Of a stretch of DNA of 64,000 bases, positions 1 through 11,805 are shown piece by piece; the stretch's first letter is position 1, and every line of letters begins with the position of its first letter. Location: positions 77,998,001-78,062,000 of the forward strand of contig NW_024704743.1 in NCBI RefSeq assembly GCF_018977255.1, read 5' to 3'. The translations under genes were made by a program, and so were the position numbers. The DNA comes from Callorhinchus milii (lineage: Eukaryota). Under the pieces are notes generated by a model. That model saw nothing but the letters and a program-made list of their open reading frames with translations. It was not told where the DNA came from and searched no databases.

Positions 1-50
1 ACGTGCAGGAGAAAGCTATGAAAATACATAATGGTTCAAATTCCGAAATG
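1..50 (+). CDS. SLC35B3: SLC35B3 (PAPST2) internal coding exon, 5'-truncated by window edge
   Basis: Reads (N)VQEKAMKIHNGSNSEM, matching vertebrate SLC35B3 NVQEKAMKLHNASNSEM as I recall it; followed by donor GTAAGT at 51, phase 0. Confidence 0.95.
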
Positions 51-829
51 GTAAGTGATTTAAGTCCATACTTCAGTCAGTTATTTCAGTAGTTTTCTCA
101 ATGTTTGTTTCTACTATTTCCACTTGTACTGGCAAATGCAAATCATGTATTTGCCAAAACAATGGAATTGCAATTTCTTCTAAACCTAAGAACTGATGGT
201 GTGTTATAAATAAAAAAAAACACACACTTTAGTTGGCAACATTGTCAACATTGTCTTCTTAGTCAGGACTAAATATAGTTTTTTGTTTGTCTGGTTATGA
301 TGCTGGTGTAGCAGTATAAAATGGCATGGGTCATTCTGTTTTTGTAACTCTTGTGCTGAAGAGACTCAAATTGCAGTGTCCAATATGTTTTATTTGATTT
401 AAAAACTCTGATTTTGTAATTTTATTTTGTGCAATTGTTAAATCGTATGCCAAAACACCGTAGAGTGGAAAAGATGAAACTAAAATAGTAATATGTCTGA
501 TATTAATAATGAAGTCTCTTAACTGCATCAGAGGTTGGTAATAGCTGGAAGATTGAAACTCTTTAGTTAACATTGCCTATTATCCATTTCAGGGTGCACT
601 GCAAATAGTTTTTGATTAGTCAAATGTATACTGAATCCTCTATGTTTCCCAGTCAAAACTATGTTTTTAATTCTTTGAAATCATAGCATTTACTAACGTT
701 CTGTAATTTGTACCTCTGCAAGAACTATTTTAAACTCATCATGAAGGGACTTCACTTGCTCAATTTTTCTGACTTGTGGACATTGTTATAATTTTTGCTA
801 AATTGTTTTAGTGTAGGTGTACACCTGAG

Positions 830-1835
830 GGTCCGGGTCTAGTCTAGTCTGATCCCTCCTCCTTGAATGGCTTTCCTTTCTCCATGGAACTGTACTTTCC
901 TGGTTCAAAACCTACATGACCCACCACCTCCAATTTGTCAGTTCCCCTCCTGCCCTCTAATGGTCAACTAAAGAGTATCTCAGAGCTCTATCCTCGGTCC
1001 TCTCCTTTTCCTTGCCTACATGCTCCATGTTTGTGACATCATATGCAAACATGGAGTTAACTTATACACAAATGACACTCAAATCTACTTTGCCACTTCT
1101 ACCCTTGATTCCAGATTCAATGATGTTCTGTCTGACTGACTGTCAGACATTTAAGCTTGGATGAACCTCAATTTCTTGCAGTTCAACATGGATAAGATGG
1201 ACGCCTATCCTCCTTGGCTCTAACCAACATCACTTTTGGTTCTTACCTCCAGAACTTCTCTGGCCTTTCTGAAACTCACCAAAACAATGCGCAGTCTTGA
1301 CGTTTGATTTGATCAGCAGCTCTCGTTTTCACATTCAGTCCCTCACCAAGATCACTTCAACTTTACCACATTGGCTGTCTATGTTCCTATGCAACACAGA
1401 ACCCTCATTCATTCCTTTGTTACCTCTCTCTCTAATTCACTCCTCTCTGTTCTCTCTATTTCCACAATTTCCAGCTGATTCAAAACTCCACCACTTACAT
1501 TCTCACCCAAAGTTACGTGCCCATCACCGCAATCCTCGCTAGGCTTCACTGTCTGCCAACAGATTCATTTCAAAGTAATCACCTATAAATCCTTTCACAC
1601 CCAGGCACCTCCCTATCTCATCTTCTCGAACCCACCTTACTCAGCAAACTCAAGTCTGCTTTGTGACACTCCCACTCATTCTAAATCCCTCCTTCTAACC
1701 CTCCATCTCTGTCTTTAAAACCCACCTGAAAAATCTACCTTTTCAACCATGCCTATGGTCGCTTCTCTCCTCCCCGTCTGACACCTCAGATGTTATCCTA
1801 TGTGAAGGGTGCTATATCATTGCAAGTTGTTGTTG
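830..1835 (+). mobile_element. decayed L2-clade LINE 3' fragment (intronic)
   Basis: C/T-rich RT-like remnant (PQ.SILGPLLF-like region ~975-1020) ending in the L2-type tail GTGCTATAT..TGCAAGTTGTTGTTG. Confidence 0.75.
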
Positions 1836-2274
1836 AGTGTTGTATGTTATCCAGTGAAAGAATAATAACACAACTCAACATTGTTTTCTGTATAAGTAAG
1901 CTAATACAGGATAGAAGATAACTGCATACAGTTGCTTATTTTCTAGTTTGTATGTGACTGCATAAAATTGTGCACTTTGGTAATAGACTAAATGAGCATA
2001 AATTATATTTGTTTGATGGAAGCTGGAAGCAGGTTTTTCAGTTATTTGTGGTTCAAAAAGTTAATGTACTTAATTGAGAAATTAGGTAAAGAAATATTAG
2101 TAACCATGTGTCATTCTATTGAAAATATTAGTGCTTGCATTTGGCATAGCGCCTTATTTCCTTTCAAGAATGTCTCAGGCTTATTAAGAAATTGGTTAAA
2201 AAAAACTGAGATTGCACCTCAGTATGTACTCCTACAAATAAATACAGATAATAATCATGACACTGATTATTATC

Positions 2275-2410
2275 ACTGCTGTGCGCAATTGGCTGCTGCT
2301 TTTCGCCCACAAATATATAGTCAATTCAATTTACAATATATTCTGTGAAGCGCTTTGAGATGTCTCGAAGATATGAAAAGCTCTATATCAAACGCAAGGA
2401 TTATTATTTT
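2275..2410 (+). mobile_element. SINE 3' fragment
   Basis: GCTGTGCGCAATTGGCTGC...GTGAAGCGCTTTGAGA...GCAAGGATTATTAT, shared with the full-length copies. Confidence 0.85.
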
Positions 2411-2439
2411 ATATTTTATATTATTATGATGTATGATGA

Positions 2440-2885
2440 TGATGATCCTTATACTTGCCATGGTGCTTTATCACAGAATACCTCAAAGCGCTTCATAAAG
2501 TTTTCTGTAAAGTACAATGACTATCTATTGTTAGATGACCATGGCGGCCAATTTGCAAAAAATGTACCACAAACAACAATTAAGTGAATCATCAATTTTT
2601 TTTAATGGAGATTGTTGACTAAACATTCGGAGAAAGTCCTTTCTCTTCCCATGGGATCTTTAATTTGATCAAATTGACATGACTTCAGTTTAACATTTCA
2701 TCTAAAGGATTGCACCTCTGAAATACCATGCTCTCTGACCACTGAGCTCCTATTGTGTAGTTTTTTTGATCAGCCAGATAACTGACACATGTAGAAATCC
2801 ATCACCACGCTTAAGAGCATACAAACTCGAATTTATAACCTTCTGACTCAGAAGTGAGTGTGCTGCTAATTGAGCCAGGCTGTTA
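2440..2885 (-). mobile_element. decayed Deu-domain tRNA-SINE, interrupted at ~2761-2830
   Basis: Reverse complement shows head CAGCCTGGCTCAATTAGCAGCAC..TCTGAGTCAGAAGGTT, the AAAGATCCCATGG motif and the shared tail. Confidence 0.7.
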
Positions 2886-3043
2886 CCTATTTGCCATCAT
2901 TTATCACTATCCTGATTGCTACTTTTGTGCAAGTATAAGTCTCTTGATGTCAAACCCAAGCCATGGAACCTGTGTTTTGATAATAATGTTCATTTTTTCA
3001 GTAAGTGTAAGCCCACAATAACTTAAATGTCTTCTCATTTTAG

Positions 3044-3136
3044 GTATTGTATTCCTATTCAATAGGGTTTGTATATATATTATTCGGGCTATTTTTTACC
3101 AGTGGTCTGAGCTCTGCTTTTGCCTTTTGTTCAAGG
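3044..3136 (+). CDS. SLC35B3: SLC35B3 coding exon (93 nt)
   Basis: Pyrimidine tract + TAG acceptor (3041-3043); VLYSYSIGFVYILFGLFFTSGLSSAFAFCSR; donor GTAAGT at 3137; in frame with the previous exon. Confidence 0.96.
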
Positions 3137-4349
3137 GTAAGTGTGTTTTAACTTTGCATTTTCCATTTTTATCTAATGTGTGGCCTTTGAGTTCATAATG
3201 CTGGTCTTAAGATAGACTTTAAAAAGAGAAAAATAGTCATAGGATGGTATGATATAAATAGCCATCCCACAGGAAATTGAAAACTGTAATGAGTAGCTAG
3301 CTTGCTAAACCACAATCAATGAAGTCCTTCCTGGTTGTACAATATAATCACTCAAACAGAACATGAATAATTATGCCAATTTATTTGGGTCTTTTGAATT
3401 ATTTTGTACCATTTAACCTATTTATTGTTGCTTTACGTAAAATACTTCCACTGGTGTTGCTTTATTTATGGAGTTATTTTGACTTACTTGCCATGACTAT
3501 TTTGCTCAGAAAGGTGTAGTCTGACAAAGAGCAAAACATCTTTAAATTGCCCTAATGCTGATCTTTAATTAGAGTTTCAAAAGTGCCCTTTATTGCACAG
3601 GTTTGATGCTTTTTATTTCCCGAACTTACTTTGTGGCCCCTTTGAAGTAAGATGGATAGTTCAGTGAAGAATTATGGGCAATTTTGATAGTGTAAAGTTA
3701 TGGCCCTACAGAACTAGATTGAGCCTTCTAAAATCCATTACACTGTCAAGGTCCCATTTGAACTCACAACCAAGAGGAGAAACATCTGCACCAAATCCCA
3801 GACTGGTAATATTTTTGCCAAACCAATGCATTTTTTTTAATTCTAAAACTATTCTGAATTAACATACGTTCTATAGTACATTTCACTTTATTCTTTGAAA
3901 AAATGTAAATAGATGTTTGGTATACAAGAAATATTTGTCATTGTTCATTTAAGTAAAAAGAGTATATTACTACCTGTACTTAAACAAATCTAAAGTGCAT
4001 TTATTTCATTTAAAAGGTACCTAGAAATTCAGTATGAGCCTTAGAATCAATGGCACATTAGATTTGAAGACTTTGTGGCATTGGAGGATGAGACGTAAAG
4101 AACTTTGCAACAAAATTTGTGCAACACTTAAGCATTATACTGCATAAAGGGCAATATATAAATGCAAGTTGTTGATCTCGGGATGTGTGTGGTGGGGGGA
4201 AGCGATGAGTACATGATGTTGGTTAGTGCAGTTGAACTGATAGTGTGACAAGGTGTGGAGAGGGAAAGGAGGAGTTACAAGAAGAGGTGAAGCGAAAGGT
4301 GCGGGATTCAAGGAAGAGGTAGAGAGGGCACGGCAGAGTAAAAAGGATG

Positions 4350-4665
4350 AGAGTCCTGTAGCTCAGTGGTTAGAGCACTCGCCTCTCAAGCTAGAGACCT
4401 GGGTTCGACACCCAGCAGGGCAAAACCTTGGGCAAGTTTCCTTACTCCACAAGCCTAATAATAATACCTCAAGAAAAAAAAGCAATAATAAATTGGTCAC
4501 TTCAATCCACGACTGTTTGTGGGATACTGCTGTGCGCAATTGGCTGCCACGTTTCGCCCACAAATATACAGTCAATTCACTTTACAGTATATTCTGTGAA
4601 GCGCTTTGAGACATCTAGAAGATGTGAAAAGCGCTATATCCAAATGCAAGGATTATTATTATTAT
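4350..4665 (+). mobile_element. tRNA-derived SINE with CORE-like body and L2-type tail, full length, short subtype
   Basis: Box A TAGCTCAGTGGTTAGAGC, box B GGTTCGACACC, CCTTGGGCAAGTTTCCTTACTCC body, (ATT)n tail; at least 7 homologous copies in the window. Confidence 0.9.
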
Positions 4666-4791
4666 AAGAAGGGAAGGTGGGTGGTTAGAAAGGCATAGAT
4701 GGGGTGGGAGAGATTTGTGCAATTATATGGGGAAAAAATAATTTACTAATCAACAAAATCTAACCAGTCATTTGATTTCTCTATTTTACAG

Positions 4792-4903
4792 CATATTATG
4801 CAGACCTATGGCTATGCATTTATGTTTTCAATGACTGGATATTTTGGAATTTCCTTTGTGCTAGCTTTGATAAAGCTGTTTGGTGCACTTCTTGCTGTAA
4901 CAG
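4792..4903 (+). CDS. SLC35B3: SLC35B3 coding exon (112 nt)
   Basis: ttttacAG acceptor; HIMQTYGYAFMFSMTGYFGISFVLALIKLFGALLAVT plus 1 nt; donor GTAATT at 4904, phase 1. Confidence 0.96.
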
Positions 4904-5388
4904 GTAATTCTGCTTCTCACACAATGTTCAACTCTGTCAAACTTTGTTAGAAATCTGTTTGTTTTGATGTGAGTTTATTTTCATCTCCTCATTCCTTGTT
5001 TTTTAATATATAGTTTCGTTTTGGGTCAGTTTTAATTTGTTTTCTCGCTCACAGCCTCTCTTTGTGAGTAACATGGGAATACATGTAGTGATTGTGAAGC
5101 TGGCATAAAGCCATATATATCTCTGTCGAGGCCAATTTAAAAAATATATAACTTATGTTGACTAAAGTTGCTGTCTAAGATATTTTTGAAGGCAAGCGAG
5201 CAAGGCAAAGTGGTTTTCTGAGAACATTCCAAAATGCAGGGGCTTGAAAGACCCTATATCAATGCAAGTAGTTGTTGTTGATGGTGATGCTGGTGTTGTA
5301 GGTACGAGGAAGAGGGGAGGACGAAGGGAGTGAGCAATAGACCAGAGGAGGAACAGTGGAAAACCCTAGCTAGAGATTATTACACGTA

Positions 5389-6290
5389 CAACAACAACCA
5401 CTTGCACTTATATAGTGCCCTCCACGCAGAGTAGCGTCTCAGAGCTCTTAACAGTGGCGGAGCCTGACTCCGAACCGGGGAGAGGGGGCTGTAAGCACGG
5501 TCGAACAGGAAAGTCTTCAGGCGGGACTTGAAAGAGGGTAGAGAGGGGGCAAGGCGGAGGGATTGAGGGAGAGTGTTTCAGAGTTTGGGGGCGTAGTGGC
5601 TGAAAGCACGACCTCCAATGGTGGGGGGGAGGGTGTGAGGGATTAGCAGGAGGCTGATGCCAGTCTAGCGGAGATGCTGGATGGTGGTATCAGTGAGTGA
5701 ATGGATTTGAACACGAGTGCGAGAATCTCGAACTCGATCCGTTCAGTTATGGGGAGCCAGTGGAGCCTGGCCAGATCTGGTGAGATGTGGATACGGAGTT
5801 TGGGTCAATATGTGGGCAGCAGAATTTTGAATGCGCTGGATCTTGTGAATGGTGGAGCTGGGGAGACTGGCGAGGAGTGGGTTGGAGTAATCCAAGCGGG
5901 AGGTGACAAACTCACGCACGAGGGTTTCGGCAGCATTTGGGGTAAGGTACGGTTGGAGGCGGGCAATGTGGAGGAGGTGGAAGAAAGCTGTCCTGGACAG
6001 GGACCAGATGTGGGGGAGGAAGGACATTTGGGGGTCGAATCGGACACCTAGATTGCACACTGGTTCAGTGAGCCTGAGGGGGAGCCCAGGGAAGTTGAGG
6101 AGGTTAGATCCGCAGGAGCGAAAACGTTGACAGGAGACAAGGAGTATGACTTCCATCTTGTCCATATTCAGCTCCACTCATCCAGGTCTTGGTACTGGAG
6201 GAGGCAAAGTAGATTTGTGTGTCATCCACATACATGTGGAAATTTACCCCATGTCTGCGGATGATATCGCCCAGAGGGAGCATGTAGGTA
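5389..6290 (-). mobile_element. L2-clade LINE 3' fragment with RT C-terminal remnant
   Basis: ORF 5743-6177(-) has NLGVRFD..SF..HI...AFFHL..IARL...LV..FVTSRLDYSN.LL..LP....KIQRIQNSAA, typical of L2 ORF2; (GTT)n tail at ~5389. Confidence 0.9.
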
Positions 6291-6479
6291 AGGATATGTA
6301 CGTATCCAATGTCGAAGACCAGGACAGAGATCTTGAACTCAATCCTAACGGGGTATTGAGAATCAATAGTTTGTTAAGAGTAGGTGGATTAGCCTTGTGC
6401 AGGAGAAAACAGCTGCAAGATCAGTTGTAGAGCTGGATATGGTGGTGAGGAGCGTATTGGGAAATTTTCATCATGAATG

Positions 6480-7060
6480 TGGCTGAAGTATTAGTAAGTG
6501 TTTCAGTAGTAGTGGAGTTAGGTGATGGAGGTATTAGGAGGTATTGTTCTGGGGATGGCAGAATGACCTCAGTTTTGTTCAGCTACAGGGAGTTGTGGTC
6601 TATCCAGGACTTGATGAAAGCATGGATCAGGGTTTCAGCAACAGTGCCATTGTGGCTGTCAGCCAGAACAGCATCAGTCCTGCAAATTAGGGTTAGGGTT
6701 AGAGTTGGGTCTCTTCAGCATACATTTGGTAGATACCCCAATCCTTGAAGATAATGTCACAAAGAGACTGCTGAAAGTGGGGGAGGGTGTTCCTGAGATT
6801 AAGAACTCAAGGATCAGCCACTGATGTGGCACAGAGAGGTCGGAGCGTGCAGCAAGCCTGAATTAGCTGAGCAGTGGGGTAGAAGATTGGAGAGATGATG
6901 GGGTGCCAGGGCGTTGATGCATTAGTCGGTGAAAGTGAGGACCTTGAAATTATCCACTGGGAGATGGGGAGCTCGTGGAGACAGGGGAGAACTGGGTTGA
7001 TGAGGGCTGCAGAGTTTGTTGAGAGTGAGGATGCGGCATCTAGTTCTGAGTAAGCTTCTG
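6480..7060 (-). mobile_element. older L2 LINE fragments
   Basis: Degenerate LH.LP....I.FKVL motif in ORFs 6807-7073 and 6922-7245(-). Confidence 0.6.
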
Positions 7061-8304
7061 AATAACCAAGCAAGCAAGCTACTTTGCTTCTGTTGTTGTT
7101 TTAGATCCACCTCTCTTCCAGGGTCCATTCTGGAAACCGTTTGCAACAATAAAAACTTGTTTTGATTATATATCAATTGGGTTCCCCAGTCACCCCCTCC
7201 TATTTCACTTTGCATAGCAACTGGGTCCTTCGGATACCAACACACAGTGAAGCAGCTCCCATCAAATGTTCAAGATTGTTTTATCTTGTTGCATTTTTTT
7301 TATCCACAAAAATCTTGAGTTGTAAATTGCTTTGCCTTCACTGGATGAATGTAAGCAACTTAAAGCCAGGTCACTGCATGGCAGCAATGCTCTTACATCT
7401 TACTGGTGAAGGGGATGAGGTAAGACATAGCTTTTGCAAATGGTGGAGAGACTTTAGGGGTGTTTCCATGTCTCAGGTCCCAATCTGTCTACTGAAGGCA
7501 GGTAATGTGAGGCAACACAAGGGAAGTAGCAGAAGGTATGTGCAATGTCAGGTTTGGTTCCACAGTAATGGATATATGATGTCTCTGGTAAATGGAAAAT
7601 ACCAGCTATGTTGTGCATTATATGTACAGAGTGCATTTCGCCGATACCGCATAATTAACCACCAATGATACTTGCATCATTAGTACGCCTACAAAATACA
7701 GTCAATGCACTTTGTAATATATACTGTGAAGTGCTTTGAGATGTCTATGCTTTGAGCAGGTGCTATGTCAGATGCAAGGATTATTAATAATGAATCTTTT
7801 TGTTGGTTAATTACACCTGTAATTCCCTCTGCAACAGGTTAAATATAATATATTTCAGACCCCAAAATGTCTGTCTAAAGCAGAGGACAGACTAAAGGAA
7901 GTCACAAATTAAAGATTTTTAAGGAAATCAGCTCAACTCCCTGCCAATAAATTAAAGTAAGGGAAAACTGATGAAAGACATGAAAAATGCATTTAATGAA
8001 GGTACATGTTGTGGAACAGGAAAATTCAAGAAAAAGTACAATTAATCAAATGAGAAAGATGAACAGTTTTGAAAGAAAAGAAGTTGTGCAGGATCAAAGA
8101 GAGTAGAATAAAGTAAATCAAATCTTTTGTCTCATTATATCTACAGTCCTGATGTTTGGATCATTTCACCACCACATAAGAGTGTTAGAAAGACCTCAGT
8201 TGGTTCTGTTCAACCCTGTACTTTTAGTAAAAAAANCTGGTTTCTTGGGTTCAGCCCAGCAAATATTGACTAACAGTTAATCACACCGCATAGCTATATT
8301 TCTT

Positions 8305-8575
8305 GGGCAGGGCAAAACCTTAGGCAAGTTTGCTTATTCCACACACATGTTTATCTAGCAGTAAGTAGGAACTCGGTTGTTTGTTGGTTGGTGGATCGCT
8401 TTCCAAGGGTAACAAATCCCTCAACAAAAAAACTCAATCCAAGTTTGTGTGACACTGTTGTGCGCACTTGGCTGCTGAGTTTTGCCCACAAAATACAGTC
8501 AATCCACTTTACAATAGATTCTTTGAAGTGCTTTGGGACGTCTCAGCGACGTGCTCAGGCGCTCTTATTATAATA
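8305..8575 (+). mobile_element. tRNA/CORE-like SINE, long subtype, 5'-truncated
   Basis: GGCAAAACCTTAGGCAAGTT...TCTAGCAGTAAGTAGGAACTCGGTTG...shared tail. Confidence 0.75.
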
Positions 8576-9074
8576 CTCTTTCACAGATTGGAACTGCTCA
8601 TGATGGTTTCACTCTGGCACTGAATATGTTTCTGTTAAATGTGTCTTGCTGAAAAACAATTTTAGACAATATTAGAATTAGATAAAAATATTACAATGCA
8701 GACTTCTGATACAGTTCATGTAATCATCAGAGCTCTTTGTACAGTGAACCTTAGCTGCATGTGGGAATGGAAAGAGGCTCCTGGACAAGAAGTATGACTA
8801 AAGGGCTATTAAGCTCCGTATGGGATAAAGTGCATTGATATACAGTATTATGGAAACAAGTTTCTATTTTCTGTGAAGTGTTTCCAGAATGGATGCTGGA
8901 AGATGAAAGTTTTATCTGTTATATATTGATCATTCAAGAGGTTCACCATGTTCCATTATAAATTTACACATTTAATTTTTTCAGTACTTGTATCCCAGTG
9001 TTTGATTTGTCAGTATTTGTATTGTAGGATTTAATTTATTTAATAGTTATTTCCATTAACAAAGCTAACAAATA

Positions 9075-9667
9075 CAATAAAGCTCCGAGAGACCTGAGTT
9101 CAATTCCAGGCAGGGCGAAACCTTGGGCAAGTTTCCTTACTCCACACGCCTAATAATAATCCCTTCAAAACCAAAAACAATAATAAATTGGTCATTTTCA
9201 ATCTACGACTGTTTGTGGGACATTGCTGTGCGCAATTGGGTGCCGCGTTCGCCCACAAATATACAGTCAATTCACTTAACAGTATATTCTGTGAAGCGCT
9301 TTGGGACGACCTCCCGACGTGAAAAGCGCTATATCAAATGCAAGGATTATTATTATTATTATTGGGGTTCCATAAAATTCCAACCAACCTTATAAATAGG
9401 TATGATCAGTGATCAGTGCCTTCACATCATGACTGCACCAGTCACATGCCAGCAGAAAGCATTCATATTCTCGGGTTATTGCCAACATCACTTCCTGTGC
9501 ACTGCGCATGTGCAATGCTGTCGTCACTTCTATGCACTGCGCATGTCCGGTCTGGACGACCCAGACGTTAGCCATTTAGCATAGAAAGCTAGCTACAGGT
9601 CCACACGGCACCTGCGTTATAATCCAACCCACGTTATAACAAAATGCATTGTAACTGAATTCTGCTG
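9075..9667. mobile_element. pogo/Tigger-like non-autonomous DNA transposon interrupted by a SINE
   Basis: TA-flanked degenerate ends (TA|CAATAAAGCTCCG ... GTAACTGAATTCTGCTG|TA), subterminal CGTTATAA repeats; related copy at ~35675-36405. Confidence 0.55.
9087..9363 (+). mobile_element. tRNA/CORE-like SINE, short subtype, 5'-truncated
   Basis: Highly similar to the copy at 47881-48206; (ATT)n tail. Confidence 0.9.
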
Positions 9668-9786
9668 TATATTGAATTTTTAATGATTAGAAGTTTCATA
9701 TGTTAACTTTTTCATCTATTGTAAAATGTCATTTTTTTGTCATGTTGATAGCTTAGCTGAACATCTGTGTTTCTGTTTCTTTGTAG

Positions 9787-9856
9787 TAACTACAGGAAGA
9801 AAAGCAATGACCATTGGACTTTCATTCCTTTTCTTTTCAAAGCCATTTAGCTTTCA
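9787..9856 (+). CDS. SLC35B3: SLC35B3 coding exon (70 nt)
   Basis: ttctttgtAG acceptor; (V)TTGRKAMTIGLSFLFFSKPFSF(Q), containing the SLC35B-type TTGRK motif; donor GTAAGT at 9857; phases 1 and 2 fit the neighbouring exons. Confidence 0.96.
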
Positions 9857-10574
9857 GTAAGTAATATTCATTTTATGTAATTAGCACCAATTATGAAGAA
9901 ATCTAATTAGAATATGTCTTGCTAATAGTTTGAAAATATGATTTTTTCGAGTACAAATCCTCAAGACCATTTTGGTATCACAATATTACCAGTAATGCCA
10001 CTTTCACTGAACAATTTTTAATCATCACATGTAATAGTAACTGTTGTGATGCCATACTGCTCTTGTTTGTTTTCCATTCAGATTTTAGAGTAAAATAACT
10101 TCATATTTTAAAAAAAAGCTGGAATGGAAGATGAACATTTTTTTAAAAAAAACACAATATGCAGCCTGGACTTTAGGGCTTTCTCGCTTCTCAAATGTTC
10201 ACAGACAAGAGTTACAACAGTTAGTATGGCACCAGAAGAGCTGTGCACAATAACATGCATCAATGTAAACTTGATACTACATTTCTCAAAGTGCTTCACT
10301 TAAGTTATTTGTGTTATATTGTGCATGTTTTCTTACAAATAGTTTTCTAATGGCTTTTAAAATACAACAAACTGAAATGAGTATGCCAGTTTTCGGATTG
10401 ATTATCCTCACAAGACCCCAAGGGAGGCTTGCTTTTCAAAAAGGTTTTATCGTATTCTTTCAGAATATCAATCCTCCTATCTTCAGCGTCAAACTGTTTA
10501 TTAAATGAGTCCATTGTCCTTGTCCTGCTGTTGTGTACCCTCGTAACCCTCAGTTGCTGATGTGCACTGAAACA

Positions 10575-11003
10575 GTGACAGTCTGACTGAGTCAGCAAAA
10601 TTCATCTCTGAAGAAGGTTGTGGATTTAAGTCCCACATTGGGACTTTGAAGTTATATAGTCTTAATCAGTGCTGGGGTATGCTGCATTATTAGAGGTGCC
10701 ATCCCTCAGATGACTCATTAAACCAAAGTCAGTCTGCCTGTTCAGGTGGACAGTAAAGATCCCGTAACATCTTTCAATAGAGAAGGGAGTTTCTCCCTCT
10801 ATCCTGGCCAACAATCCCCCAAATATAATTGGTCAACATGGCTGTTTGCGGGACATTGCTAAGCATAAATTGGCTGCTGCATTTGTCTATAAAATACAGA
10901 GTCAGTACATTAAATTAAATCCTGCGAAGCAGTTTGAGAAATTCTTCTGATAAGGGAGGGGCTATATGCAAATACAAATCCAATACAAAGATTATTATTA
11001 TTA
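10575..11003 (+). mobile_element. Deu-domain tRNA-SINE (intronic)
   Basis: GCTGCATT..AGAGGTGCC...TTAAACCAA...TTCAGGTGGAC..AAAGATCCC motif, as in DeuSINE/AmnSINE1-type bodies; shared L2-type tail. Confidence 0.75.
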
Positions 11004-11441
11004 GAGTGAAACTTGCATAAGTCTTAGCTTTATAAATCATACAATTGCCTAAGTTGTACCTGTACCCAAGTCCCATTCAATTTCCTATCAAATTCACTTA
11101 GATTTCTTTGCATGTGTCGTATTTTATAAGCAAATCATCTCCGAACTCCATTATTGCGTAAGTCATGTTAAATGTTTTGGTCCCAACTGATACCTCATAC
11201 GTGAGTTTTACTGTATTATAATGTTGCAATCTCCATTTTTGATTACACCTAAATCCAGTTAGCCGAAGTATTGGGAGATCAGGCTAAGTGTAATTACAAT
11301 GGCGGTAAATGCCAGCACCAGCATTGTAATATTTTGAAGCCTGCCAGCAAATGATAGAGAATAAGCTATTTTCTGCTTGTAGGATTCTACAGAATTCTGC
11401 ATATTATTGCACAATTAATGCTCTACATTTTCTTTCCTTAG

Positions 11442-11589
11442 GTATATATGGTCAGGTCTTTTGGTCCTCATTGGCATCATGCTAAATATTTACAGCAAAA
11501 ACATGGACCGAATGAATTTACCATCACCTCTTTATTTTTGCCACCGATTCCTGAAAAGAGAAACTAGAACAATGACTCAAATTGTATGA
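11442..11589 (+). CDS. SLC35B3: SLC35B3 terminal coding exon to stop codon
   Basis: tttctttccttAG acceptor; (Q)YIWSGLLVLIGIMLNIYSKNMDRMNLPSPLYFCHRFLKRETRTMTQIV*; TGA at 11587-11589; resembles the human C-terminus (YVWSGLLVVLGIFLNVYSKNMD...RTLAQTV) as recalled. Confidence 0.96.
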
Positions 11590-11694
11590 AATTCTCTGCG
11601 AACTTGATTCTTGTGGTTTTCATCAGACCAAGTAACTTTTGACTGGCACTACCCAAATGACAACAAGTAGTCCTGGTACTGGCACCTGCTATAT

Positions 11695-11805
11695 CTCTGA
11701 AATTTCCATATGTAGGTGGGATGCATGGAATTCTTAGTCTGGTTTGGATACTCTTAAGCATGGTGATGGGTTTACGCATGTGTCAGCCACCTGGCTGACC
11801 AAAAA
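11695..11805 (+). repeat. unclassified structured retroposon-like 3' tail (copy in SLC35B3 3' UTR)
   Basis: Homologous to 42699-42812(+), 56730-56821(+) and 2761-2830(-); ends in stem-loop GTCAGCC-ACCT-GGCTGAC followed by an A-tract. Confidence 0.8.

Noticed and set aside
2992..3010. Cryptic splice signal TTTTTTCAGTAAGT 42 nt upstream of the 3044 exon
   Set aside because: Used as an acceptor it would start with TAA; as a donor it has no supportable upstream exon. No evidence without RNA-seq.
4351..4425. tRNA-like sequence (also at 13735, 19515, 48206, 59196)
   Set aside because: Box A/B are present, but it runs directly into the SINE body and tail in every copy; these are SINE heads, not tRNA genes.
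4253..4667. Recurrent ORFs such as MGKFPYST..KDYYYY (also 9123, 47749)
   Set aside because: Chance translations of the non-coding SINE; the similarity reflects repeat copies, not a gene family.
5743..6177. RT-like ORFs (also 14477-15390, 33195-34006, 43419-43874) as functional genes
   Set aside because: 5'-truncated, frameshifted L2/CR1 remnants with no complete endonuclease/RT.
7162..7668. 168-aa ORF in an SLC35B3 intron
   Set aside because: Non-ATG start, no recognisable domain, and it ends in a SINE remnant.
8236..8236. Single N bases (8236, 44033, 48076)
   Set aside because: All lie in homopolymer runs; assembly ambiguity, not biology.
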